From Cycas panzhihuaensis (Eukaryota; Plantae; Cycadophyta), in assembly GCA_023213395.1 (NCBI GenBank), contig CM041465.1, forward strand, positions 206,653,741 through 206,717,740: a stretch of DNA of 64,000 nucleotides, written 5' to 3'. Each line of letters begins with the position of its first letter. Within the stretch, counting starts at the first letter, position 1. The notes under the pieces were generated by a model, which saw only the letters and a list, made by a program, of their open reading frames with translations, was not told the origin of the DNA and did no database searches. Shown piece after piece: positions 11,907 to 24,176 of this stretch. The translations under genes and the position numbers were made by a program.

Positions 11907-14900
11907 TATTAGAAAACATCTAATATACAAATAAGATGCATAATCATTTATGAATATAATAGACTTGAATAGAACATACACATAGGATAAACATATTTGA
12001 TGTAGGAACCCTTTCAAGAGAAACCTACCACAAAATAATATTATTATATTTTCATAAATATATCATGTAACATTATAATGGAATTTGAACTATATTTATA
12101 GATTGTAAGTGCCTTAAATAATAGTAATTAAGTTTACATCTATTGACCCATAATATCATATAATTACATTAATATTATCCACATAATATATCCACTCATT
12201 TATATTAGTCAGTAAGTGGTTGTTAACACCACTCTAACATCCCCTCTTGATGTAAATATGGGGTCTTGAAGTCTTCCTAAGGATTTGTCTATCTTTTTAT
12301 CCTTATCGATAGATTGCCCCTCAGGGATAACCTTGCTAAATCTTAAATTTGCACAAATATTAATAAAGTGATTTTTAGTAAGAGCTTGGTGAACACGTCC
12401 ACAAGTTGATCTTCACTTGGATAAAACGCAACTTGTATCTTCCATGATTTGATCTGCTCTTACATGTAATGATGCCATGCCTTATATATATGTGTGATTC
12501 TATAGAATTATCTCCAATAGCTCCTACAACCATATAGCTCCTCTTGCATTGATACTTAGTCTATGATACTTAGCCATTTCCTTGACTAAACCAAGAGGAT
12601 CTCCTCTTCAAGTCTTCATTAAGGAATGCTGACATGATGTGACTTCCAACTATATGAAACTACTAAAGTAAGGATCGATCAAACCAAATATAACATAGAG
12701 ACTAGTATAAATGTCTCCTCATACTTGATTCTTTCTTTCTACTTGAAATCATGTGCAACAATATTTGTTGACTTATAAACCAACTAGGATATTTGAGGGA
12801 GATAAGGGACTCTAATCCTATGTATCACTCCTCCAATATAACTTTACATTATAAATCTCCACTTGTTGGAATCATTAGTGTCTATCATAAGTTTGAATGG
12901 AATGATAATCCTTTTTCTTTAATCATCCTCTAGGTCTTTAACCATTCTCTTAGCCTATAATGAAACATTGGGTTGTAATCAATGCCTTTTCTTGAAACAA
13001 CTCCTCCTCATCACTCTCACTAAGTCCTAATTCCATCTCAAACATGATGTTAGGTATACAAACCTCTACACCTACTAAACCACAACTTGGAAAGGGAAGA
13101 AATAAAGGTTAAAACGTATATTTAGATGACACCTAGTATGATACATCAATAACTCTTTAACTTGATATCTAGACTAATCACAATGCTTTCACCCTACAAA
13201 TCACACAGTTTGCAAGTATTATTCTCAAAACCCATATAAACAGACTTTAAACTTTTACAATCTCACTGCTATAATCTTCCTCTAAGATATGTGCACTCTA
13301 ATATACCTTAATACCCAATGGAAGGTTTTTAACCAGTATAACATACAATGGGGGATATGCCACGAATTACCTTAAGAGGTTCCTCATAAAATGACTATCA
13401 CAATAGCTTCTACTAATAATATAGGAGTTAAACTCTTATCATACACTAAAACACCTCCATATTTGCATAATGGCACTATTCTTCACTAGCAACATAATCA
13501 TATTGGGGTACACATGATGACCAACTCCTATTTTTATATCATGACAGAGGCAGAACTAATTTTAAGGCATTTCATTATACACCTTTCTATTCACACTTTA
13601 CTTTTTATAATAAACACACAATTAAATCTATATCAAACTTGTTCAGATATGAAAAAATGTTAAACCAACATTTTCTAGGCTATATACTTCATGTTAACAT
13701 TAGTTCAACCACCTAAAGTATAATAGTCCACCACAAATTGATAACTACATATACAAATAGGCCAATAAACTACAATTATAAACCACTTTTACTTCACATA
13801 TTTGATATAAAAACACTAATTTAACTTGAATAAAAATGCCACTTTATAATGAATAAACCACACTTTTAATAATTATGCTATGATTAGAACCATACTATAG
13901 TTTGCCTTCCTTACAGGCTCGATATCTTTATATAACTTACCTATCAATCACACCCTCTTATCAATTAGTGAACAAATAACTACTATTGATAACTCTCGTC
14001 CAACACTCTCGTGTAATCACATGAGTATACTATCACCTCACATCACCAATGAACAACAAAATACATCACCAATAGAGTGCCCAATACACTCACTTTGCCA
14101 TCAAATCATAGCCTTATTCACGCCTCATATCATATCAAAAAATGAAATATATTTATGCCCACTCAAAATAATAACATGTTGTACTTGATTGATATCAAAA
14201 AACACTTCTTCAATATCAATGGAAACTCATTGGACAAAATATTAATAAGGACTATTTATATATTTCATACATGACTTTAATATATTATCAATTATATGAT
14301 CAAATTATTTCAAATGATAGTTGATTAAATATTTTGGAGTAAACCTTAATAAGTTGTAAATATATTCATGAAAGTTTATACCTATATTTTTTTGGGTAAA
14401 ACTCAACTATAATTTCTACATCCTCTTCATTGCATCTACTGTAGTGTGACCTCTAAATCATAGCCTACACAATCTCTTAACAATGGAAATGTACTGTATT
14501 CCCTCTATAAACACTATAAATGCAATGTAATAATGCAAGGACTAGTGCTCAATGCAAATGGCATCTAGCTAATACTCATTGTGTCTACAATCTCCATGAC
14601 ATCTATCTACATAGTTCCTCTACATCTAGTTAATGCTCTTAGCTTTCATTTACAGTGAATACCCTTGGGCATGTCACCTCTCCTTAATGGGTCTAGAAGA
14701 AAACTTGTGTGGTTTTTGTTTCTATATTGCATCTCTCTAGTGGTTGGCTAGCATAAGTCTATGGCCTATAATTCAATGATGACTGACTCTACATTTCTAT
14801 CTCATAATTGTGGCTAGCAACAATACAAATAAGTGAGTGTCTTACTTTCTTTGAAGTACTCTAAAACTTGTACACTTTTAAAATACACTTTTACATGCAT

Positions 14901-15644
14901 CTATAGTGTTAATAGTGGTGCCAAGGGATACAACAGTCTTATCAATAGATACAAATTTAGTGGTAATCTTAAATAACAAATTTGGCACCTTCAATGGACT
15001 TAAAATAGACACAATAGTTGGTAAGAGAGTAACTAGGGACTATAAATTTCAAAATGAGGGCACTAACACTTATACAAATAAAAAATAACACCGTGTACTT
15101 ATCTATACACCTTTGAAGATCATTGAATTATTGAAAAATAAATAACAAAAGGCTCTAGGGTTTGTATATGATCATCACACCTCTATGGTTGTTCTTTCAG
15201 TTATTAGATAAGTCGATCCTCAAAGGGTGAGCCAACATGACTTGGTAACTAATGATCTAATGATCTTCGAAATACTCACCTAATTATACACCTCCTATCA
15301 CTCTAATACCATGTTAGGAAATACGTAATATGTAAACAAAATGTGGAATCATTTATAAACATAATAGACTCGAATAGAACATCCACACATGATAGACAAA
15401 TTTGACGTAGGAACCCTTTTAAGAAAAACCCACCACAAAGTACTATTATTACATTTTCATAAATCTATCTTGTAATATAACACTGGACTTTGATTCATAT
15501 TTATAGATTGTAAGTGTCTCAAATAATAATAGTTGAGTTTACATTTTCTAGCCTATAATATCATATAATTACATTAATATTATTCACATAATATATCCAC
15601 TTATTTACATTAGTTGATAAGTGGTTATTAATACCACTCTAATA
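11907..15644 (-). mobile_element. Internally deleted Copia element (LTRs 11907-12239 and 15312-15644, 333 bp each)
   Basis: Perfect 5-bp TSD aattt (11902-11906 / 15645-15649). PBS tggtattagag on the minus strand (15301-15311) and PPT aagagggga next to 12240. RNase H end SEDQLVDVFTK at ~12385-12420. Internal region only ~3.1 kb. Confidence 0.92.
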
Positions 15645-16602
15645 AATTTAGTATATAACAGTAAGATAATTCCTTATCTAGGACTACATTGTGAGAAAAC
15701 ATGAGAATATGACATAGTAAAGTTAGATACATGTATATAAGGGGTTGACCCTAAAGGTTAAAATCTAGTTGCAAAGATAACCATGAGTGAAGAATACATG
15801 AGCATCATAGAGTTACATCTTTATTCATTCATCCTTTGTCAATAACTATGCAACTGATTAGTTGAAGTAAGATCAGTATATAGGATTCAAATCTAACACC
15901 TAGATATAAGTTAAATTTTATATCCACCATTAATTAGCCTCAATCAATAACTAACTAATTTCCATAATTATGATTATCTCAATGGTAATACAAGGTCATA
16001 TTTAAAAGTACCATAGTGATCAAGACTACTCTAATGACTATGCCCACAAGCCTATTGTAATAATAATGCCAACTTATAAAGTGTTAAAACATGTAATGAC
16101 ACCTTTATTGTAAAATTTATGTATAATATCTTTGTATTCAATATAACTTTAGGGGACCCATTTACAAATTATATTGTAATTAATAAATTAGTTAGGTCTG
16201 CCTAGCTTATTGATATGTTGACCAATTGTATTCTTATATTTATGGGTTCATATGCTTATAAATTAAGCTACAACCCTATGCTTTATACATTAGAGAATTT
16301 TACATGTGGAAGATCTGCCAAAATTGAGAGTGATTATTTAACTAATTTGATAATCACATTGTTCAACAATCAACTTGTTTATTTGTCTTGTGTTATTTTA
16401 GTTTTGCTTTTAATTTATACTTGAATATGTATGTATTTAGATCTTATCGACAATTTTGACATGGTGTCAGAGCCATTCATGTGTATTTTAATCAATATTT
16501 TGTCAGTTTGATCATTAAACAGTGGGCCATTCATTAATAGTGGCACCATGCTCACCTTAGTTTCCTTAATTTTTAACTAGTTCCAGTAGTTGTAGTAAAT
16601 CT

Positions 16603-19600
16603 TATTAGAAGTAATGTTTTATCTAGGATATTCCTAGCATATTTTGTAAAGATTAAAGTGTATTCAAAATTTATTATGAGGGTCATGTATCACCCTTTCT
16701 CTCTCAAAATGATAAGTGGCAAAATTACATTGAGCAATTGCCATTTGTCTCATACAAAATGTAATATATTTATAGATTCATTTTTCATTAAAAAAGCAGT
16801 GAGAGTTCTTTCTACATGGTATCAAAACAAGTTATGATTGTCTAGTCAATAATTAATTTGTTTAAATTTAGACAAGGAGTTCATTAGGTCTTTGAGAAAA
16901 AATGACAAAAGTAAGTCTAGAGAATCAAATCATTAAAGGAGAATAATCAAATTGAAGCATAAGTTATATCAAAAGATAAATTTCATCAAAGTACCAGTGT
17001 ACAAACTTTATATGAATGTCATACGAACCTTGTATAGATTAAAAAAAATAAATTACTTAGATTACTTCTAAATTTCACTAGTAGGCTCGCCACCATATGG
17101 AAGTCACTTCTTCCTAAAGGCGTGAAGTGATTTGAAGATGTTTTAACATGGTTTTGACCCATTTTCTAAGGGCATGGGTTTAGAAAGAAATCTACTCATT
17201 TCTTTCATATGACTCAATTAATCTAGGTAATACATATATCAATCTGATCCTCTCTTTAATACAAATCTTTTAAGACCAATTTTGAAGGCAAATTCAAAGT
17301 TTTTTTTTTGTTTGAAGCATTTTTCACTTTCACCCCTAGTTGCCAATCTGAACTTTGACCTCAATTTTTGAACAAATTAGACATTATATAAGAAAAATAA
17401 TTATACATCCAAACTCCTCTCATCAAATGCTTTGATTTGGATTCCTCTTTTATTAAATTTGTATACTTGTAAAAAATCATATTTTTTCATATACCATACG
17501 ACTATACATACTTGCAACTAAATTTTTTAGATATTTTTCAATATATTTATCATTTAATCATGGCCTCTTCCACTATAGCATTACCTGAAGCTAATAAATT
17601 GATTGAGATAAACTTTAGTATTTGGAAAATAAAGATCGAAGGTCTCTTAAGAGCAAAGCATGCTTGGAAAATCACCATTGGTGATGAAGAATAACCCACA
17701 TACATAGTGGATCTAATGAATTAGGAAGAAAAGAATAACATTGTTGTATCTGTTCTAAAACTTTCAATCTTAAATTCTCTGTTAACTTATGTGGATGGTG
17801 CTAGAAGTGCCCATGAAATTTAGAAAATGATGTTCTCCATGTTTAGTCAAAAAAATAAATCCAGAATTGTTGCTCTTAGAGAAGAACTATATAAGCTTAG
17901 AATGAGAGAGGGTCAGACAATCTTTGAATTTATAGCCAAATTTACCAATATAAAAAATGCACTCCTCACAGTAGAGATAAAGTAACTAATACTGAATTAA
18001 TATATCTTATACTTAACAAGTTACCAAAATCATTTGACAAGATGGTTAATATGTTAACAAGTGGAGGATAAATAGCTACCATGACCTTTGATGCTCTTAC
18101 AGGTCACATGCTTAGCGAAGAATAAAGGAATAAGAGGTATGAAGAAGATGCCAAGATTGAAGAAGAACTTGTCACCAAACTACACTTAGGAGGTTGAGGA
18201 TGAGGTCAATATAATCTAACAATAAGAGGCAGAATACTAATCAGCAATAGAGGTCATTGGATTAAAGAAAGAAGATGAGGAAGAGTTACTCCTCTACATG
18301 ATACCTAAGTCTACTTCAACTATAGTAAATATGGTTATTTTTTAGGTAATTGTAGGGTTTTTGACATCTGTTATCACTGTAAATAAATTAGGTACTACTC
18401 ATATCAGTGTTATAAAAGGTGAGTAGAGATTTAGAAAGGAAAGTAGATATCAAACAACTATAATAAATAATAAGATTTAATGAAGGATAAAGTTGAGACT
18501 GCTTTTGTAGTAGTGCTCATTACTAATTCCAGTGCCATAGAAAATTGGTATGTTAACTCAAGAGTTTCCTATCATATGACTGGAGTCAAAGAAAAATTTA
18601 AAATTTTGTAACCATATGATCTTAATAAGTTTATAGAATTAAGAGATAATCTTTCCCTTCACATAAAAGGGATTGGTTAGATAGCCATTAAAATTGATGG
18701 AAAAATTCAATGAATAACGGATGTTCTTTTTGTACTAGGAATGAAGAAAAAACTCATGTCAGTATATCATTTGAGTAAAATGAGGCAGGGAACAATATTT
18801 GATGAAAATAGCCATTATTATATTTTGGATATAAAAAAGAATAGTATTGTAATTTCTAAAGGGATAAAATGTAACAAACTCTATAAGTTGATTTTACCTC
18901 TATGTTGTCTGACAAATGACCCACTAAACCTATATTTGATGTAAACTCACATACTATGACAAACAATGATGCTAATAAAATATGGCACGTGAAGTATGGG
19001 CATATCTCATATGATAGGTTAAAAAGATTCAAAAATTCAAAAATGGTGAATGGTATGTCTAAGATTCTATTTAATTCATTCATATGCAAAAGTTGTATGA
19101 TGGGTAAATAACACATGATTCCTTTTGCAAAAAACACATGGTGAGTACAGCCAAATTTGATTTGGTTCATATTGATCTTTATGGTCCATTCATACCAGTG
19201 TCAACAAAGGATGCACAGTACTTTCTAACCTTCATTGATGATTCTCTAGAAAAATATTTATTTATCAAGTCAAAAGCACTTAATTATTTCAAAGAATTTA
19301 AAGTAGTAATAGAAATGGAAAGTAAGCAAAAAATCAAGTGTATTCACTCTAATGGGGGAGGAGAATATATATCCAAAGATTTCTTTTAGTTTTATAAACT
19401 ATATAGAATCTACAGATATGTTACAACTCCTTTATAACATAGTCAAATGTAGTGGGAAAAATGAATATAATAATTTTAGAAATAGCTAGATACTTGTTGA
19501 ATGACAAGGAAACCATAAAAGGGTACTGGGTAGAGGTGGTCAATACAATTATATATTTAATTAATAGGAGTCCAACTCAAGCACTAGACAAGGTGACACT

Positions 19601-21130
19601 TGAATAAGCATGGACTAGATATAAACCAAATGTAAGTTTTTGGTTGTAAAGGTTATATATATATTTAGGATAAAAAAAGGACTAAGTTAGATAACAAAAG
19701 CATAGAATCTATAAAGATTGGGTATAGTAATCACTCAAAAGCATACAAGTAAACAAACAAACTATATATTAGTAGAGATATGATATTTGATAAAGAGGTA
19801 AATAACACCAAAATATAGTATCAATAAATAGACATATATTATAAAAAGTTGAATATAGTCTAACTAGATAAGGAATCTATAATTACTTCTAAAGATGTTG
19901 AATCTGGAAGTAAAACTTCAGATAAGAAGACATCTGACATTAATCAAATAGGTGATCTCAACACTACTTAAGAAGAAGAAGAGCATAAGACCAGAGTAGG
20001 AGAAAAATTCTAAAAAGGTGTCAAAATGGTATTTAAATACCCTTAAAGAAACAAAAGGAGAAGTGTTCAAATATAAGACAAGATCTCAAAAATCATAGGC
20101 ATTAATTTATTCTATTGAACTAAACACATTCGAAGAAACAAATAAGTTCCAAACATGGAGAACAATAATATATGTAGAAATACAAGCTATTTGCAAGAAT
20201 AAGACTTGGGACCTAGTGGAACCTCTTAAGGATAAACCCATTATAAGCTATAAATGGGTATATAGAGTAAAAGAAAAACCAAATAAAGAAATTGAAAAAT
20301 ATAAAGCTAGGTTGGTGGTAAAAGGTTACACACAAGATGTTGGAGTTGAAAATAAAGAAACATTCTCACCGGTGGCAAAATTGAGCACTGTGAGAATAGT
20401 AATTACAATTGTTGCTTAGAAAAGACAGAAATAATAACCTTATCTTAAACAGTATCCTAACATTGATTTCTATATCAATGTTAGGATACTATACTATAAA
20501 ATGAATAGCAAATTAATGTTAGGATACTATATTATTATATCCCAATATATAATAACCTTATCTTGAATAATAGTAGAGTACAAATCAACAACAAATATAG
20601 CATGTGAAGGAGTGTAGATCATATAACTTTTAAAAGGCCTTGGACAAGAGAAAGTAACACCTACTCAATTATTCTGTGATAATCAAAGCACAATCAAGAT
20701 GGCAAAGAATCCAATACTATATGTAAGGACTAAACATATAAAAGTGCATCATCATTTCATTAGAGAAAACATTCAAAACAAAGAGAACAAACATTTGCAT
20801 TGCACTTTAGAAAACCAAGTTATTGATGCTCTTACAAAACCATTCAGTAGAGACAAATTTATCTCATTAAAAAATAGGTTAAGAATTAAATAGATAAAAC
20901 ATTAATAGAGGATGTTAGAAGTAATGTTTTATCTAGGATATTCCTAGCATATTTTGTAAAGATTAAAGTGTATTTAACACACATTATGAGGGTCATGTAT
21001 CACTTCCCCTTTCACTCTCAAAATGATAAATGGTAAAATCACATTGAGTGGCTACTATTTATTCTATACAAAATGTAATATATTTATAGATTCATTTTTT
21101 ATTAATAAAGCATTGAGAGTCATTTTTATA
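16603..21130 (+). mobile_element. Copia element with most of RT deleted (LTRs 16603-16816 and 20913-21130)
   Basis: Perfect TSD aatct (16598-16602 / 21131-21135); PBS tggtatcaaaac at 16817. Gag from 17559; integrase DLVHIDLYGP..FLTFIDD (ORF 19138); RT start KWVYRVK..YKARLVVKGY (ORF 20216) jumps to RNase H KNPILYVRTKHI (ORF 20699). Confidence 0.93.
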
Positions 21131-21743
21131 AATCTAACACTACTGCAGGTTATTTTTCATCATGTAGCAGTCTTTGTTTACTCCTTGACTAACTGGCAAT
21201 AACCCTATATGCTCCTTAAAATAGTTTCAAGTAAAAATGATATCCCATTGATGTTGCTTCATTTTGTTTAGACTTTGTCTCCGTCAAAGCAAGTTTGCAT
21301 GGCTTCTATTCAACTTTGTATATTGTCCTATCTATCCCCAGTCAACCCGTAGGGAGCCTACATGATCACACACTGGCATTCTAATCCATTTTGACCATTC
21401 TTTGAAGATTTTTAGCCTTTATTTTAATCACTGCTCACCATGGAGGTCATACATCTGTGAGTGAAGTTTTAAGGATGTGTGTCCCCTATTTGTAGCTTAG
21501 ATTAACCTAAATTTATATCAATACTACTTTAGAGGTAATCCCATCACTCATTTACTCGATCTAATTGAAATTGAAGTGGATTCAATTAATTTAATTTGCC
21601 ATCATTTTTTTCATTTTTGTAGGCAACTATACAATTTGTTTATTTAAAATTTTTATTTTTTTAATAGTTTGATTGTATTAAATCCAATTACATTCATTTT
21701 TAAAATTTGGCGTAGTGTGCTTAGCTTTAGCCATAGGTCACAT

Positions 21744-22946
21744 TGTTCACTCTCATAACTAAGGGTTTAAGATCTTAAGGGGTAGATTTTAAATAATTTT
21801 AAACTATTTTAAATATTTTTTGTTTAATAAAAAATGATTTTCTATATTTGATGAAGATCTTAGATCTGTTAGTCCTTTGGTAGACTAGTAAGTGGTCATA
21901 TACAGACTCAATGAAATTAAGGGCTAATCAACAAAGGGGGCTTAAGCCACCTCATTTCTATTTTCTATCCCTAAAGAGTACTCTATACTATTTCTACAAG
22001 ATCTCCTTAATGGGAAGTCAGATTTGAGCATTATCTAAATTATTAGAATATTAGTTCAGAGCTCTACAAATTGGACCCATTTTTAGCTAGATTTAACTAG
22101 TTTTTAAAGGAGTTACAAGCTACTCAATTTAACACTTCTATTTGGATTTTAATAGAGCTTATTTTCATAAATTAAAGGCCTTGTTCTTATTTTGCATAGT
22201 ATTTAACGATTGAATGTTATTTATTTATCTCTTATATATTGTTCTATCTTGGTTTTTAGCTAATAAGTACTTGTGATTTGTGCTTAGAGATGTCCTTAAG
22301 TGAAAGAGGGTGATCATCGCCTAGAGCAAAGTCCCCCAAAGAGCACTCTTAACCTTATAATCCATTTGAATTTTTTGTATTTCCTTTCAATTTTTAGTTT
22401 TATTTATTAAAAAGAATCCTTATTTTAGGTAAGATCACATTAAAATTCACTTTTAACTTAAAAGATTAACAAGATAATCCTTAACTTATAAACAAAACTC
22501 TACTAGCCTTGTAAGGGGAATGGTTAGGACTCCTAAAGTTATCATTCTATATATGTCATTATATCATTTTAAATTCTATGGATATTAGAGGATACCATTG
22601 GCTATAAGATGTATTAAGTGGTAGGATAAGGTGTGAACCTTACCATTGGAGTTTAGAGACTAGACTAGACCAAAAGAGGGTGAGTGCCTTGGTGAGCATT
22701 TCTTAGTTAGATTTATCCCTAAGCATAAGTTCGATGCAAGTAGATTAATAAATTAAAGGGGCCTTTGACCTTCTTAGCAATATGCGTACTAAGGTATATC
22801 AAGCCTAGAGCTCATCTACCAATATATAGAGTCATTGATTTACCACTTGTAGGTAGGTCCTACGAAATAGAATAATAATTAAGGGCTTCCTAGAGACCTC
22901 TAAACTTAGCATTCTAATCTAGTAGCCTTACTAGGTAGATACAACA
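21744..22946. mobile_element. Possible solo LTR (~1.2 kb) in the leader of the host Copia
   Basis: tgtt...aaca ends, non-coding LTR-like composition, and it lengthens the Copia leader abnormally. The TSD is poor (cacat/caaaa). Confidence 0.35.
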
Positions 22947-24176
22947 CAAAAAGGACATAAAAGAACACTAAAATTCACTCTAAATGATATACTAAAATGA
23001 CAACCTAAATGCTCTTATATAATATCATCAAACTTAGTGGTATAGATAACTTTTTAGCTTAAAAGAAATATGTTAAAAATCTCCTTATCATGAATGATTA
23101 TTGGGCTTATGTCAATGGTGACATACCCCTACCTATACCTACTAAGGATCTAAAATGATCCCACCATTAGAATCCCACTTTATTCAATTACCTTAGTTAA
23201 ATTCAAAGCTAAGGATAATATATACCTATCATTCCTCCATTTAGCTATAGAAGGCTGAGTCGATTAAAATATTAAAACAACTTAAACCTTCCATGAAGCA
23301 TCAAGCATCATTTATACTCTTTATAAGAGGAAGGATGATTCTAGGTCCTTAACCTTGAAAATATGCCTATTTGGTATACCTTTTTTTGGAACCATCATAT
23401 CCTACCTAACAAAAGTTAAAATAGTAAGAAATCAATTTATCATCCTTGGTGAACCTCCCTTTGATCATGAGCTTATGTCTAACATCCTCAAAATTCTTCC
23501 CATAGAATATAATAGCTTTATATCTAAAATCTAAATTCCTAGATGCCTTAGAACTAAGGGGGATAATCATGTGGACTAAATTTTTAATAAGGTGGCATTA
23601 ACTTTCAATAAGGTAGCCTTTACTTTCAATAAGAAGGCCCTAACTTTCCATAAGAAGGACCAACTTTTTAGCAATCAAGCCTATACTTCTAATAGAATTG
23701 GAATAAGAGGTAAAACTAGAACTAATACTAATTGAATAGGAAAATGTTCCAACCAAGAAACTTAAGGAACAACTAAAATACACAATAAGAAAATAATATG
23801 GCTAACTCTTAATCCTCCTTCTAAAACTTCTTCTTTACAACTTTATCATCCTAATATGATTACAATTCTTGGTTACTAAATTCTGGTGTCATATGTGACA
23901 TGATGACACTAAAGATTTGATGGAGGAGACTTACCTAATTAGAGCTTAAACTGTCATATTTAGAGATAATCCCACCTATGATGTGATCAAAATTAGAAGG
24001 GATCACATTACTTTAAAGGACTCTAAAATTTAGCCATACATAAATAATATTTTCCTAGTTCCAAGCAATAACATTAACTTGCTCTCTATCAACCAAATTG
24101 ATAAGTATAACTTGGATGTCTTTTTTAGTCAAGGTATCTATATAATCATAGACCATACTACTAGATAACTCAATAT

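Noticed and set aside
2749-16424. Short hydrophobic ORFs from the ORF track (e.g. 2749, 3947, 5408, 10177, 14906, 16215)
   Set aside because: Chance frames in AT-rich LTR or decayed TE sequence; no motifs or gene structure. No host gene is supported in the window.
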